Assembly (NCBI GenBank): GCA_964639785.1
Contig: CAZXEE010000001.1
Coordinates: 243,832-307,831, forward strand
Reading direction: 5' to 3'
DNA: 64,000 nucleotides
Origin: an uncultured Gammaproteobacteria bacterium
GTDB lineage: Bacteria > Patescibacteriota > Patescibacteriia > Patescibacteriales > UBA12465
The first letter of the stretch is position 1. Every line of letters begins with the position of its first letter. The position numbers and the translations under genes are program-made. Below the pieces are notes generated by a model that ran no database searches, was not told the DNA's origin, and saw only the letters and a list, made by a program, of their open reading frames with translations. Below are positions 8,540 to 16,937 of this stretch, in pieces.

Positions 8540-10188
8540 TCCTAAAAATAAGCGATGAGCTTTTGCCAGATATCTTGGTGTCCGAGAGCTATGTCTCGGA
8601 TGAGGACATGAAAAAGGCCGTTGATTTTGCCAAGAAGAACAATACTACCGCTTTGGATTATCTCTTCACTCAGAATATACTGACTAATGATTTATTAGGC
8701 CAGGCTCTCGCGGAATACTATAAGATTCCGTATTTTGATTTGAATACCCATGAGCTGAATCCGGCCCAAGTTTTGAAGTTGCCGGAAGAATTAGCCGTTA
8801 AATATAATATCCTTTTCTTGATGGAGAATAAGGATCAGATCTTGTTGGCCACCGATGATCCGACTCAGCCGGAGATGATTGCCGCTTTGCAGCAAGCTTT
8901 CCCGGGCAAGAAGATATTGTTCGCTTTTTCTTTGCCGGACGATATCAAGAGCAAGTTCGTTTTTTATCGCAAGACTTTGGAAACCCGTTTCGCTTCCATC
9001 TTGCAAGAGAAGAAGCGGGTAGCCCCGGAATTAGTGGACGAGATATTCAAGGACGCTATCTTCTATCGCGCTTCCGATATTCACTTTGAGCCGATGGCTA
9101 CTGAGGTCTTGGTTCGTTTCCGTATTGATGGCGTGCTTCAGGATGCCGGCCGGGTTACTAAGGAATATTATGATAATATCTTGAACTTGATTAAAGTTTT
9201 GGCTCATATCCGGACTGATGAACATCTGTCTGCCCAGGATGGAGCTATTCGTTATGGCGTGGAAGGTGGCGGCAGCGTTGATCTTCGTGTTTCTATCATC
9301 CCGACCGTCAATGGTGAGAAAGTGGTTATCCGTCTCTTATCCCAATATATCAGCAACTTATCCTTTTCTGATTTAGGCTTGTCTTACAATGACCATAAGA
9401 TGTTGGATCATAATATGCATCGGCAGTTCGGTATGATCTTGGTTACCGGTCCGACCGGTTCGGGAAAGACCACTACTTTATATGCCGTCTTGAAGGCCGT
9501 CAAGAATCCGGGCGTCAATATCACAACCATTGAAGATCCGGTGGAGTATAAGATCGCTGGCGTCAACCAGATCCAGGTCAATGAACAGACCAACTTAACC
9601 TTTGCTAAGGGTTTGCGCTCTATCATGCGTCAAGATCCTAATATCATCCTCGTGGGTGAAATCCGAGATAAGGAGACTTCGGAAATCGCGGTTAACGCCG
9701 CCTTAACCGGTCATTTATTATTATCTACTTTTCATGCCAATGATGCCTCGACTGCCGTTCCGCGCTTATTGGATATGGGAGTTGAACCGTTCTTGCTGTC
9801 ATCAACTTTGAAATTGATTATCGCTCAGCGTTTGGTCCGTCGCGTTTGTGAAAACTGCCGCCATGGCGTCGAGGTTTCCAAAGCGGCCTTGGACAAGAAA
9901 TATCCTTATTTAAAAACTTATTTCCCGGAGAAGAGCTATACTTTTTATGAAGGTAAGGGCTGCCAGTCTTGCAATTATACCGGCTTCAAGGGTCGGATAG
10001 CCATCTATGAATTAATTAGCATCTCGACCGCTATCCAGGAATTGATCGTAGCCAAGGCTCCGGCTCAGGAAATCTGGAAGGTGGCCGAAAAGGAAGGTTC
10101 TCGCTCTTTGTTTCTGGATGGTCTGGACAAGGTCCGGACCGGTGTCACCACTCTAGACGAGCTTTTGAGAATTGCTCGGCCATTCTAA
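8536..10188 (+). CDS. pilB: Type IV pilus / type II secretion assembly ATPase (PilB/GspE family)
   Basis: Walker A GPTGSGKTTTLYA, DPNIILVGEIRD, GHLLLSTFHAND and the tetracysteine motif CENC...CQSCNYTGFKGR. Confidence 0.9.
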   Translation: MILKISDELLPDILVSESYVSDEDMKKAVDFAKKNNTTALDYLFTQNILTNDLLGQALAEYYKIPYFDLNTHELNPAQVLKLPEELAVKYNILFLMENKDQILLATDDPTQPEMIAALQQAFPGKKILFAFSLPDDIKSKFVFYRKTLETRFASILQEKKRVAPELVDEIFKDAIFYRASDIHFEPMATEVLVRFRIDGVLQDAGRVTKEYYDNILNLIKVLAHIRTDEHLSAQDGAIRYGVEGGGSVDLRVSIIPTVNGEKVVIRLLSQYISNLSFSDLGLSYNDHKMLDHNMHRQFGMILVTGPTGSGKTTTLYAVLKAVKNPGVNITTIEDPVEYKIAGVNQIQVNEQTNLTFAKGLRSIMRQDPNIILVGEIRDKETSEIAVNAALTGHLLLSTFHANDASTAVPRLLDMGVEPFLLSSTLKLIIAQRLVRRVCENCRHGVEVSKAALDKKYPYLKTYFPEKSYTFYEGKGCQSCNYTGFKGRIAIYELISISTAIQELIVAKAPAQEIWKVAEKEGSRSLFLDGLDKVRTGVTTLDELLRIARPF

Positions 10189-10201
10189 TCTATCTAAAAA
10201 T

Positions 10202-11320
10202 ATGACGGAAAATAATAAAGTCGTTTTGCCGCCTAAGCCGGTTCGTAAGAAGAGCCTGTTTAATTTTGGCTATAGGAAAGAAGAAGATTATTTTTTTGAA
10301 AATCTTTCAATCTTGATGAGCTCTGGCATGCCGGTCAGTGAAGCAGTTATTGCTTTGAGCCGGGAAATGCGGACTCCGAGGATGATCGGACGGATTGAAG
10401 TCCTGGAAAGGGAAATCAATAATGGCGCTTCATTATATATCGCTTTAGAGCAGAGCAAGCTATTGCCTAAACATTTTGGTGACCTGATTCGGGTCGGTGA
10501 AAGCTCCGGTTTGTTAGTAGACAATTTCAATATCATTGTCGGCCAGAGACAGAAAGAGAGAGTCTTCAGCTCCCAGATTAAGGTGGCTATGGCTTATCCG
10601 GTGACTGTTCTGGTTGTGGCTGTTTTGATCGGCGTGGCTATCACTTGGTTCTTGTTGCCGGGATTATCCGGAATTTTTTCTTCCATGCAGATCAAGCTGC
10701 CCTTGATTACCAGGGTTATGATCGATTTCGGAAAATTCGTCTCTCGTTCCGGTTATTGGGTCTTACCGCTCTTTACTGTAGCTGTCTTTGCGATCCTTTA
10801 TTTTGTTTTTGCCTACAAGAAGACTAAGTTTATCGGGGAATATATTATCTTGCATTTGCCGGGAGTCAAGAAGATCATCCAGGACTCTGAGGTGTCACGG
10901 TTCTCTTATCTGTTAGGCAGTTTGCTGGGTGCCGGTCTGCCGATTGATGTGACGATCGGATTCTTGGCCGATTCTTCCAATGTTTTAGCTTACAAGAAAT
11001 TTTATAATTATGCCCGGGAAAAAGTAGTCGATGGTGAATCTTTTGCCCGGATTTTTGCTTCTTATCGCGGCATGGATAAATTGATTCCGGTTCCGATCCA
11101 GCAGACTATAGTCAGCGCGGAAAATTCCGGCCGTTTATCCGAAGCCAGTCTCCATATCTCCAAGATCTTCGAAGCGCGCATGGAGATCAATTACAAGCTT
11201 TTAACTACCATGCTCGAACCGATCCTTTTGGTCGTCGTCTGGTTGGGTGTCTTGGCTATCGCCCTGGCTATCGTGTTGCCGATCTATAGTTTGATCGGCG
11301 GTATGGGCCAACAGATTTAA
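10202..11320 (+). CDS. pilC: Type IV pilus platform protein (PilC/GspF family)
   Basis: Two GspF-like repeats with 3 TM segments (..AYPVTVLVVAVLIGV.., ..LEPILLVVVWLGVLAIALAIVLPIYSL). ATG 10202 preferred over TTG 10172. Confidence 0.85.
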   Translation: MTENNKVVLPPKPVRKKSLFNFGYRKEEDYFFENLSILMSSGMPVSEAVIALSREMRTPRMIGRIEVLEREINNGASLYIALEQSKLLPKHFGDLIRVGESSGLLVDNFNIIVGQRQKERVFSSQIKVAMAYPVTVLVVAVLIGVAITWFLLPGLSGIFSSMQIKLPLITRVMIDFGKFVSRSGYWVLPLFTVAVFAILYFVFAYKKTKFIGEYIILHLPGVKKIIQDSEVSRFSYLLGSLLGAGLPIDVTIGFLADSSNVLAYKKFYNYAREKVVDGESFARIFASYRGMDKLIPVPIQQTIVSAENSGRLSEASLHISKIFEARMEINYKLLTTMLEPILLVVVWLGVLAIALAIVLPIYSLIGGMGQQI

Positions 11321-11328
11321 TCAAATTT

Positions 11329-12777
11329 ATGAAGCTAAGAGCCTTCACACTGATCGAAATGTTATTATCGATGGCGGTCATTGCTATTTTAGCGGCAATC
11401 ATGACGCCAGTCTTTTTGTCTTTCCAGACCAGGAATGATGTCGATATTGCGGCTATGAGCTTAGTGCGGAGCATCCGTCGAGCCGAACAATTATCCCGTA
11501 ACGGGGAAGGCGATTCGGCTTGGGGCGTCAACCTGTCGAGCGGGGCGGTGACGGTTTTCAAAGGCAGTACTTATGCCAGCCGTGATGCCGGCTTCGATGA
11601 GATTTTTTCTATTCCTAATAACATAACCTTTACCGGAACTTCTTCGATAGTTTTCAGTAAGTTGTATGGATTGCCGGCGGCTAGCAGCACGATAGTTCTG
11701 ACGTCGGTTAACAATGAGTCGCGGACTATTACTATCAATGCTCGCGGAGCAGTATCTATGTCCATACCGGCAGCAGCGACTTCGACTTCTCCGGTTACTC
11801 CCGTCACCCCATCCGTTACCTTATCAGTTTCTACGGCATCAATAGCCGAAGCGGCCGGGACAGCGACTTTGACAGCAACGCTTTCAGCTACTACCACCAA
11901 TATCGTGACGGTTAATCTGGTTTATTCCGGCTCCGCTACGGTTACCAGCGATTATACTCGTCCATCTTTGATTACGGTTGCGGCTGGTTCTTTGTCTGGG
12001 ACCGGAACTTTGACGGCGGTCCAGGATGCTCTTTATGAGGGTAATGAAACTATCATTATCGATATCGATTCGGTTGTTAATGGTACGGAATCAGGAAGCC
12101 AGCAGCAGACTGTCACCATCGTTGATGACGATCCGGCTGGATTCATTTGCGGCACCGATCAAGTAACTATTACAACGGTGGCTGACCATACCTGCAATAC
12201 CGCTTATCCGGATTATGATACTTGTACTTATGATACGGTTTTGATCGGTTCCCAGTGCTGGATGAAACAGAATCTCAATATCGGTACTAGGATTGACGGT
12301 TATTCTTACTATCAGACCGATAATGGTACTTTGGAAAAATTCTGTTACAACGAGACTACTAGCTATTGTCAGACTTATGGCGGTTTATATGAATTTGATG
12401 AAGCACTGCAATATTCATCATCTGAAGGCGTTCAAGGCATCTGTCCTTCCGGTTGGCATGTTCCGACTGATGCCGAGTGGACAACCTTGTCTTCTTATCT
12501 GACAGCTAATGGCCAATCGGGAACAGAAGGTACTGCCTTGAAAGCAGTTTCTCCGACCTGGGATGGAACTAATAATTTTGGATTTACGGCTATTTCTGCC
12601 GGTAATTTGAATAGTAGTTATTCTTATGCCAGGTTGACTACTGATGTTTATTTCCGGACTTCTTCGGTTAACAGTACTTATGGCTGGTATCGCCGTTTGT
12701 CATCCGGTTCGGCAGTCGTCACCCGTTATTCCGATCTCAAGACTCTGGGCCTTTCGGTCCGCTGTTTGAAGAATTAA
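11329..12777 (+). CDS. Prepilin-type protein fused to a Calx-beta-like module and a FISUMP (Fibrobacter succinogenes major paralogous, TIGR02145-like) domain
   Basis: N-terminus MKLRAFTLIEMLLSMAVIAILAAI (N-methylation motif). Middle ..TLSVSTASIAEAAGTATLTATL..VTSDYT..YEGNETIIIDI..TVTIVDDD. C-terminus GSQCWMKQNLN..YGGLYEFDEA..CPSGWHVPTDAEWTTL..LSVRCLKN. Confidence 0.7.
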   Translation: MKLRAFTLIEMLLSMAVIAILAAIMTPVFLSFQTRNDVDIAAMSLVRSIRRAEQLSRNGEGDSAWGVNLSSGAVTVFKGSTYASRDAGFDEIFSIPNNITFTGTSSIVFSKLYGLPAASSTIVLTSVNNESRTITINARGAVSMSIPAAATSTSPVTPVTPSVTLSVSTASIAEAAGTATLTATLSATTTNIVTVNLVYSGSATVTSDYTRPSLITVAAGSLSGTGTLTAVQDALYEGNETIIIDIDSVVNGTESGSQQQTVTIVDDDPAGFICGTDQVTITTVADHTCNTAYPDYDTCTYDTVLIGSQCWMKQNLNIGTRIDGYSYYQTDNGTLEKFCYNETTSYCQTYGGLYEFDEALQYSSSEGVQGICPSGWHVPTDAEWTTLSSYLTANGQSGTEGTALKAVSPTWDGTNNFGFTAISAGNLNSSYSYARLTTDVYFRTSSVNSTYGWYRRLSSGSAVVTRYSDLKTLGLSVRCLKN

Positions 12778-12795
12778 TTAGGTTAAATTTAGTTT

Positions 12796-14271
12796 ATGAA
12801 TATTGGTAATAAAAAATTGGCTGGATTTTCCATGATCGAAGCCTTGCTGGCCGGGTCTTTATTGGCTTTGCTGGTCTTTACCTTAGCTAGCGTTTTGATT
12901 TTTGGCCAAGAGAGTTCGCGGATTTCGGGTGATCGGCAGAGAGCGGCAGCTTTAGCGGAAGAAGGATTGGAAGTTGCGCGCAATATGAGTGAGTCATCCT
13001 TTTCTAGCTTGAGTGCTGGATCCCATGGTTTGGCCATATCGGGCAACAAGTGGATATTCTCCGGAACTCAGGATGCGTCTGAAATCTTTACTCGCACTCT
13101 GATTGTTTCTGATGTCGATTCTTATACCAAGGCCGTGACTTCAACTGTCAGCTGGGTGGCTAGTCCGCAGCGGACCGGATCGATTTCTTTGACCGGCCGC
13201 TTCACCAATTGGCGCCGGGCAGCTACGAGCAATTGGGCTAGCACTACTGTCGAAGCGGCTTATTCTCCAAGTAATACTACTAACGGTGTTCGGGTTAGGG
13301 TGGATGGAAACTATGCCTATGTCGCTTTGTCATCGGGAACTAATAATTTTCTCGTAATCAATATCGCTAATCCGGCTAGTCCATCTTTAGTGGGCCAGAC
13401 TACAGTTTCCGGCACCATTACTGATATGGAGGTATCGGGAAATTATGTTTATCTTAGCACTACGAATAATACCGGCGAGTTAACTATAGTCAATGTAACG
13501 ACCAAGACCGCCCCGGCGGTTGTCGGATACTATGATGCTTATTATACCAATGACGGTTTGTCGGTTGATGTAATCGGTACCACCGTTTATCTGGGTCGAG
13601 CTTATAGCAGTAGGAATAGCGCTGGTGAATTTTATGTCATCAATGCTTCTACTCCCGGCTCTCCGGCTTTTTTAGGCGGAGTCGATTTGTCTTATTCGGT
13701 TTATGATATCCAAGTATCTTCTGATAGTTATGCCCATCTGGTTACCGATAGTGATTCTTCTGAGTTCTGGATCATTGATGTTATCAGTCCTAGTTCTATG
13801 AGCTTGGCGGATACGGTTGACATTGTTGGTTCCAATACCGCCTTGAATGCCTCGGCTATTGCCATCTTTGATTCTAATGCTAATGGTATAGAAGATATGG
13901 CAGTGGTGGCTCGAGCCGGCGAGGGTCGGATTTGGATGATAAACGCTTCAAGCCCCACTAACTCTACTCTAGTTTTGGCTAATGGTTATACGGTTACTCC
14001 GGTTGGGACGGCAAATATTAATCATCTAGATGTTTTTAATGCTAATAAATATCTGGCTTTGGCTACCAGTGCAGCCACGGCTGAAGAAGTCATTGTTGAT
14101 ATTACGACCCCAGCTTCGCCGACGCTTCTGAGCTCAACCAATATTGCTGGATCCAGCAACTTTGCTGCCATGGGCTTGGCTTATGCGGCCGGTGTCGATC
14201 GTTTATTGCTTGTCGGCACGCGCTTGTCGGCCAATGCCAATTATGTTTTGGAAATCATTAAGCCTAATTAA
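12796..14271 (+). CDS. Prepilin-type protein fused to an LVIVD-repeat-like beta-propeller
   Basis: N-terminus KKLAGFSMIEALLAGSLLALLVF. Repeated GNYAYVALSS..FLVINIANPASPSLVG and GNYVYLST..LTIVNVTTKTAPAVVG blocks. Confidence 0.65.
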   Translation: MNIGNKKLAGFSMIEALLAGSLLALLVFTLASVLIFGQESSRISGDRQRAAALAEEGLEVARNMSESSFSSLSAGSHGLAISGNKWIFSGTQDASEIFTRTLIVSDVDSYTKAVTSTVSWVASPQRTGSISLTGRFTNWRRAATSNWASTTVEAAYSPSNTTNGVRVRVDGNYAYVALSSGTNNFLVINIANPASPSLVGQTTVSGTITDMEVSGNYVYLSTTNNTGELTIVNVTTKTAPAVVGYYDAYYTNDGLSVDVIGTTVYLGRAYSSRNSAGEFYVINASTPGSPAFLGGVDLSYSVYDIQVSSDSYAHLVTDSDSSEFWIIDVISPSSMSLADTVDIVGSNTALNASAIAIFDSNANGIEDMAVVARAGEGRIWMINASSPTNSTLVLANGYTVTPVGTANINHLDVFNANKYLALATSAATAEEVIVDITTPASPTLLSSTNIAGSSNFAAMGLAYAAGVDRLLLVGTRLSANANYVLEIIKPN

Positions 14272-14274
14272 TTT

Positions 14275-14775
14275 ATGAGAAGAGCCGGTTTTACCTTAAT
14301 CGAATTATCCCTGTACATCGCTTTGGCGGCTGTGGTCCTTTTGGGTTCTTCTTCTATGCTGTCGTTGGTATCGGAAGCGCGGATCAAGGATACGGTTATC
14401 AGTGAGGTGGAACAGCAAAGCGATTCAGCCTTGCAGGTGATAACCCAAGGACTGAGGAATGCTACAGCAGTCAATTCTCCGACAGCCGGAGCTAGCTCCA
14501 CTTCTTTGTCTATCAATACGACGGTATCGGCTAATAATCCGACAGTTTTTAGCTTGTCTGACGGAGCTATTATGATCAAGGAAGGTTCGTCTGATGCTGT
14601 AGCTTTGACTAATTCTAATGTTACTATATCCTCTTTAGTCTTTCAGAATCTGGCTCAGACCTCGGCTAAGAGTAGCGTCCGGGTTTCGTTCTCAGCTTCT
14701 TACAAGAGCAATTCTACCAGGCAGGTTTATCAATATAGCCGGAACTTCTATGGTTCCGGATCCTTACGCCAATAA
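14275..14775 (+). CDS. Minor (pseudo)pilin, prepilin-type N-terminus
   Basis: MRRAGFTLIELSLYIALAAVVLL. 166 aa. 3-nt gaps to the neighbouring genes. Confidence 0.7.
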   Translation: MRRAGFTLIELSLYIALAAVVLLGSSSMLSLVSEARIKDTVISEVEQQSDSALQVITQGLRNATAVNSPTAGASSTSLSINTTVSANNPTVFSLSDGAIMIKEGSSDAVALTNSNVTISSLVFQNLAQTSAKSSVRVSFSASYKSNSTRQVYQYSRNFYGSGSLRQ

Positions 14776-14777
14776 TT

Positions 14778-15176
14778 ATGAAACGGATCAATGATCGACA
14801 ACCAGCTTTTGTTTCGATGGTCAGTGTCCTGATTCTAGGTGCGGTCGGCTTGAGCGTATCTTTGTATATCATCCTGTTCTCCTTAGCTGCTTCCAAGAAT
14901 AGCTTGTCATTATCCCAGTCGGTCCAAGCTCGGACTCTGGCTACGGCTTGTGCGGAAAGCGCACTAGAGAAGATTCGAGAGTCTTCATCCTATACCGGAA
15001 CTACAAATATGTCTTTGGGGAATGGTTCTTGTTCTTATACAGTCAGCAATACCGGCGGAGAAACGCGGACAATCGCTGTGACGGCAACGGTAGCTAGCAC
15101 GGTCAGGCGGATTAGCCTGGCAGTAACCGCTATTACGCCGGTGATTACTACCGGTTCTTGGCAGGAGACGCCCTAA
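14778..15176 (+). CDS. PilX-N-like pilus assembly protein (no canonical cleavage motif)
   Basis: N-terminus QPAFVSMVSVLILGAVGLSVSL resembles PilX N-terminal helices. Position within the pilin gene block. Confidence 0.45.
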   Translation: MKRINDRQPAFVSMVSVLILGAVGLSVSLYIILFSLAASKNSLSLSQSVQARTLATACAESALEKIRESSSYTGTTNMSLGNGSCSYTVSNTGGETRTIAVTATVASTVRRISLAVTAITPVITTGSWQETP

Positions 15177-15235
15177 AACTTAGGATTTGGTTTTTTTCGT
15201 TATTTTATGTATACTATATAGGTATTATAAATTCA

Positions 15236-15260
15236 TTTAGCTGCAAAAGGTCGAGCTAAA
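15236..15260 (+). promoter_or_regulatory. Conserved leader hairpin, copy 1
   Basis: TTTAGCT-gcaaaaggtcg-AGCTAAA, ending 26 nt before the ATG. Identical in all three cassettes. Confidence 0.5.
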
Positions 15261-15285
15261 TAACCTTTAATTTATTAATAAACAT

Positions 15286-15717
15286 ATGAAAAATAAAAAA
15301 GCTTTTACTTTGTTAGAAATCTTGTTAGTAGTCGCTGCGATTGCTATTTTAGCCGGTATCGTCATTTTGGCTATCAACCCGACTAAGCAGTTAGGTGACA
15401 CTAGAAATTCCCAGCGCCGTATCGATGTTAACACCATCTTGAATGCTGTTTATCAATACGCTATCGATAATAATGGCACCTTGCCAGCATCCGTAACTAC
15501 TACTGTCCAGAATATTTGTAAAACTGGCGGCAGCACATCTTCTTGTGCTGATCTATCAGTTTTGACTACCGACGCTAAGTATTTGGTTTCTATTCCAACC
15601 GATCCATCTGGAGCTGAGACTTATGCTAACTACAATATCCAGAGAACTGCTACTGGCCGCATTACTGTTTCCGCTCCAAATGCTGAACAGGGTGCTACCA
15701 TCTCCGTTACTAGATAA
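15286..15717 (+). CDS. Type IV major pilin paralogue 1 (143 aa)
   Basis: MKNKKAFTLLEILLVVAAIAILAGIVILAI prepilin N-terminus. Two conserved Cys. C-terminus GATISVTR. Confidence 0.85.
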   Translation: MKNKKAFTLLEILLVVAAIAILAGIVILAINPTKQLGDTRNSQRRIDVNTILNAVYQYAIDNNGTLPASVTTTVQNICKTGGSTSSCADLSVLTTDAKYLVSIPTDPSGAETYANYNIQRTATGRITVSAPNAEQGATISVTR

Positions 15718-15790
15718 TAAATATGTGATAGAATCTGCCTGCTTTCTTTTCTGAAATCGGGCAGACTGGATTATGTATTTATCATTTTCC

Positions 15791-15815
15791 TTTAGCTGCA
15801 AAAGGTCGAGCTAAA
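15791..15815 (+). promoter_or_regulatory. Conserved leader hairpin, copy 2
   Basis: Same 25-nt sequence as at 15236, 26 nt before ATG 15841. Confidence 0.5.
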
Positions 15816-15840
15816 TAACCTTTAATTTATCAATAAACAT

Positions 15841-16293
15841 ATGAAAAATAAAAAAGCTTTTACTTTGTTAGAAATCTTGTTAGTAGTCGCTGCGATTGCT
15901 ATTTTAGCCGGTATCGTCATCTTGGCTATCAACCCGACTAAGCAGTTAGGTGACACTAGGAATTCCCAGCGCCGTATTGATGTCAACACTATCTTGAATG
16001 CTGTTTATCAATACGCCGTTGATAATAACGGCAATCTGCCGACTATTATCCCGACTTCCACTGCTACCGTTACTTACGGTATCTGTAAGACTAATGCTAC
16101 CCCAACCACCAGTTGTTATGACTTATCAGTTTTGACTGATAATGCTAAATACTTGGTTTCCATTCCAACTGATCCATCTGGAGTTATCAATACCGTTGAT
16201 AGCAATTATCGTATCCAGAGAACCTCTACTGGCCGCGTTACTGTCTGGGCTAATGCTCCGGAACAGGGTGCTACCATTTCCGTTACTCGCTAA
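15841..16293 (+). CDS. Type IV major pilin paralogue 2 (150 aa)
   Basis: First 59 aa identical to paralogue 1. The central loop and the segment after DPSG are divergent. Confidence 0.85.
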   Translation: MKNKKAFTLLEILLVVAAIAILAGIVILAINPTKQLGDTRNSQRRIDVNTILNAVYQYAVDNNGNLPTIIPTSTATVTYGICKTNATPTTSCYDLSVLTDNAKYLVSIPTDPSGVINTVDSNYRIQRTSTGRVTVWANAPEQGATISVTR

Positions 16294-16366
16294 TAAATAT
16301 GCGATAGAATCTGCCTGCTTTCTTTTCTGAAATCGGGCAGACTGGATTATGTATTTATCATTTTCC

Positions 16367-16391
16367 TTTAGCTGCAAAAGGTCGAGCTAAA
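16367..16391 (+). promoter_or_regulatory. Conserved leader hairpin, copy 3
   Basis: Same 25-nt sequence, 26 nt before ATG 16417. Confidence 0.5.
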
Positions 16392-16416
16392 TAACCTTTA
16401 ATTTATCAATAAACAT

Positions 16417-16854
16417 ATGAAAAATAAAAAAGCTTTTACTTTGTTAGAAATCTTGTTAGTAGTCGCTGCGATTGCTATTTTAGCCGGTATCGTCATCTTG
16501 GCTATCAACCCGACTAAGCAGTTAGGTGACACTAGGAATTCTCAGCGCCGTATTGATGTTAACACCATCTTGAATGCTGTTTACCAATACGCTATCGACA
16601 ACAATGGCACTTTGCCAACAGCCGTAACTACTACTGTCAAGAGCGTTTGCAAGACTGATGCCGAAAGCACTTCCACTTGTGCCGATTTGTCAGTTCTAAC
16701 TACTGATGCTAAATACTTGGTTTCCATTCCAACTGATCCATCCGGAGCCGGTACTAATGATTCCAATTACAGCATCTTGAGAACCGCTACCGGTCGTATC
16801 ACTGTTTCTGCTCCAAATGCTGAACAGGGTGCTACTATTTCCGTTACTAGATAA
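16417..16854 (+). CDS. Type IV major pilin paralogue 3 (145 aa)
   Basis: Same N- and C-termini as paralogues 1 and 2, with a divergent centre. Confidence 0.85.
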   Translation: MKNKKAFTLLEILLVVAAIAILAGIVILAINPTKQLGDTRNSQRRIDVNTILNAVYQYAIDNNGTLPTAVTTTVKSVCKTDAESTSTCADLSVLTTDAKYLVSIPTDPSGAGTNDSNYSILRTATGRITVSAPNAEQGATISVTR

Positions 16855-16937
16855 TAAATATGTGATAGAATCTGCTTGATTTTTATGATTATAAAATCAA
16901 GCAGACTTGATCACGTATTTACTCTTATTACTTTTTT

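Larger units (their letters stand above)
15236..16905 (+). repeat. Three head-to-tail pilin cassettes (periods 555 and 576 bp)
   Basis: ATGs at 15286, 15841 and 16417. Leader, first ~180 nt and last ~100 nt of each gene and the 3' flank are near-identical; the centres diverge. Confidence 0.9.

Noticed and set aside
15556-16377. Two near-identical minus-strand ORFs (15556-15801 and 16126-16377, MQLKENDKYIIQSARFQKRKQADSI...)
   Set aside because: Their similarity is a by-product of the pilin cassette repeat. They span pilin 3' ends and the intergenic hairpins in antisense and carry no signals of their own.
15236-16905. Possible CRISPR-like array suggested by the regular repeats
   Set aside because: The period is 555-576 bp and each unit is a complete pilin gene. 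There are no 25-40-bp direct repeats with unique spacers anywhere in the window.
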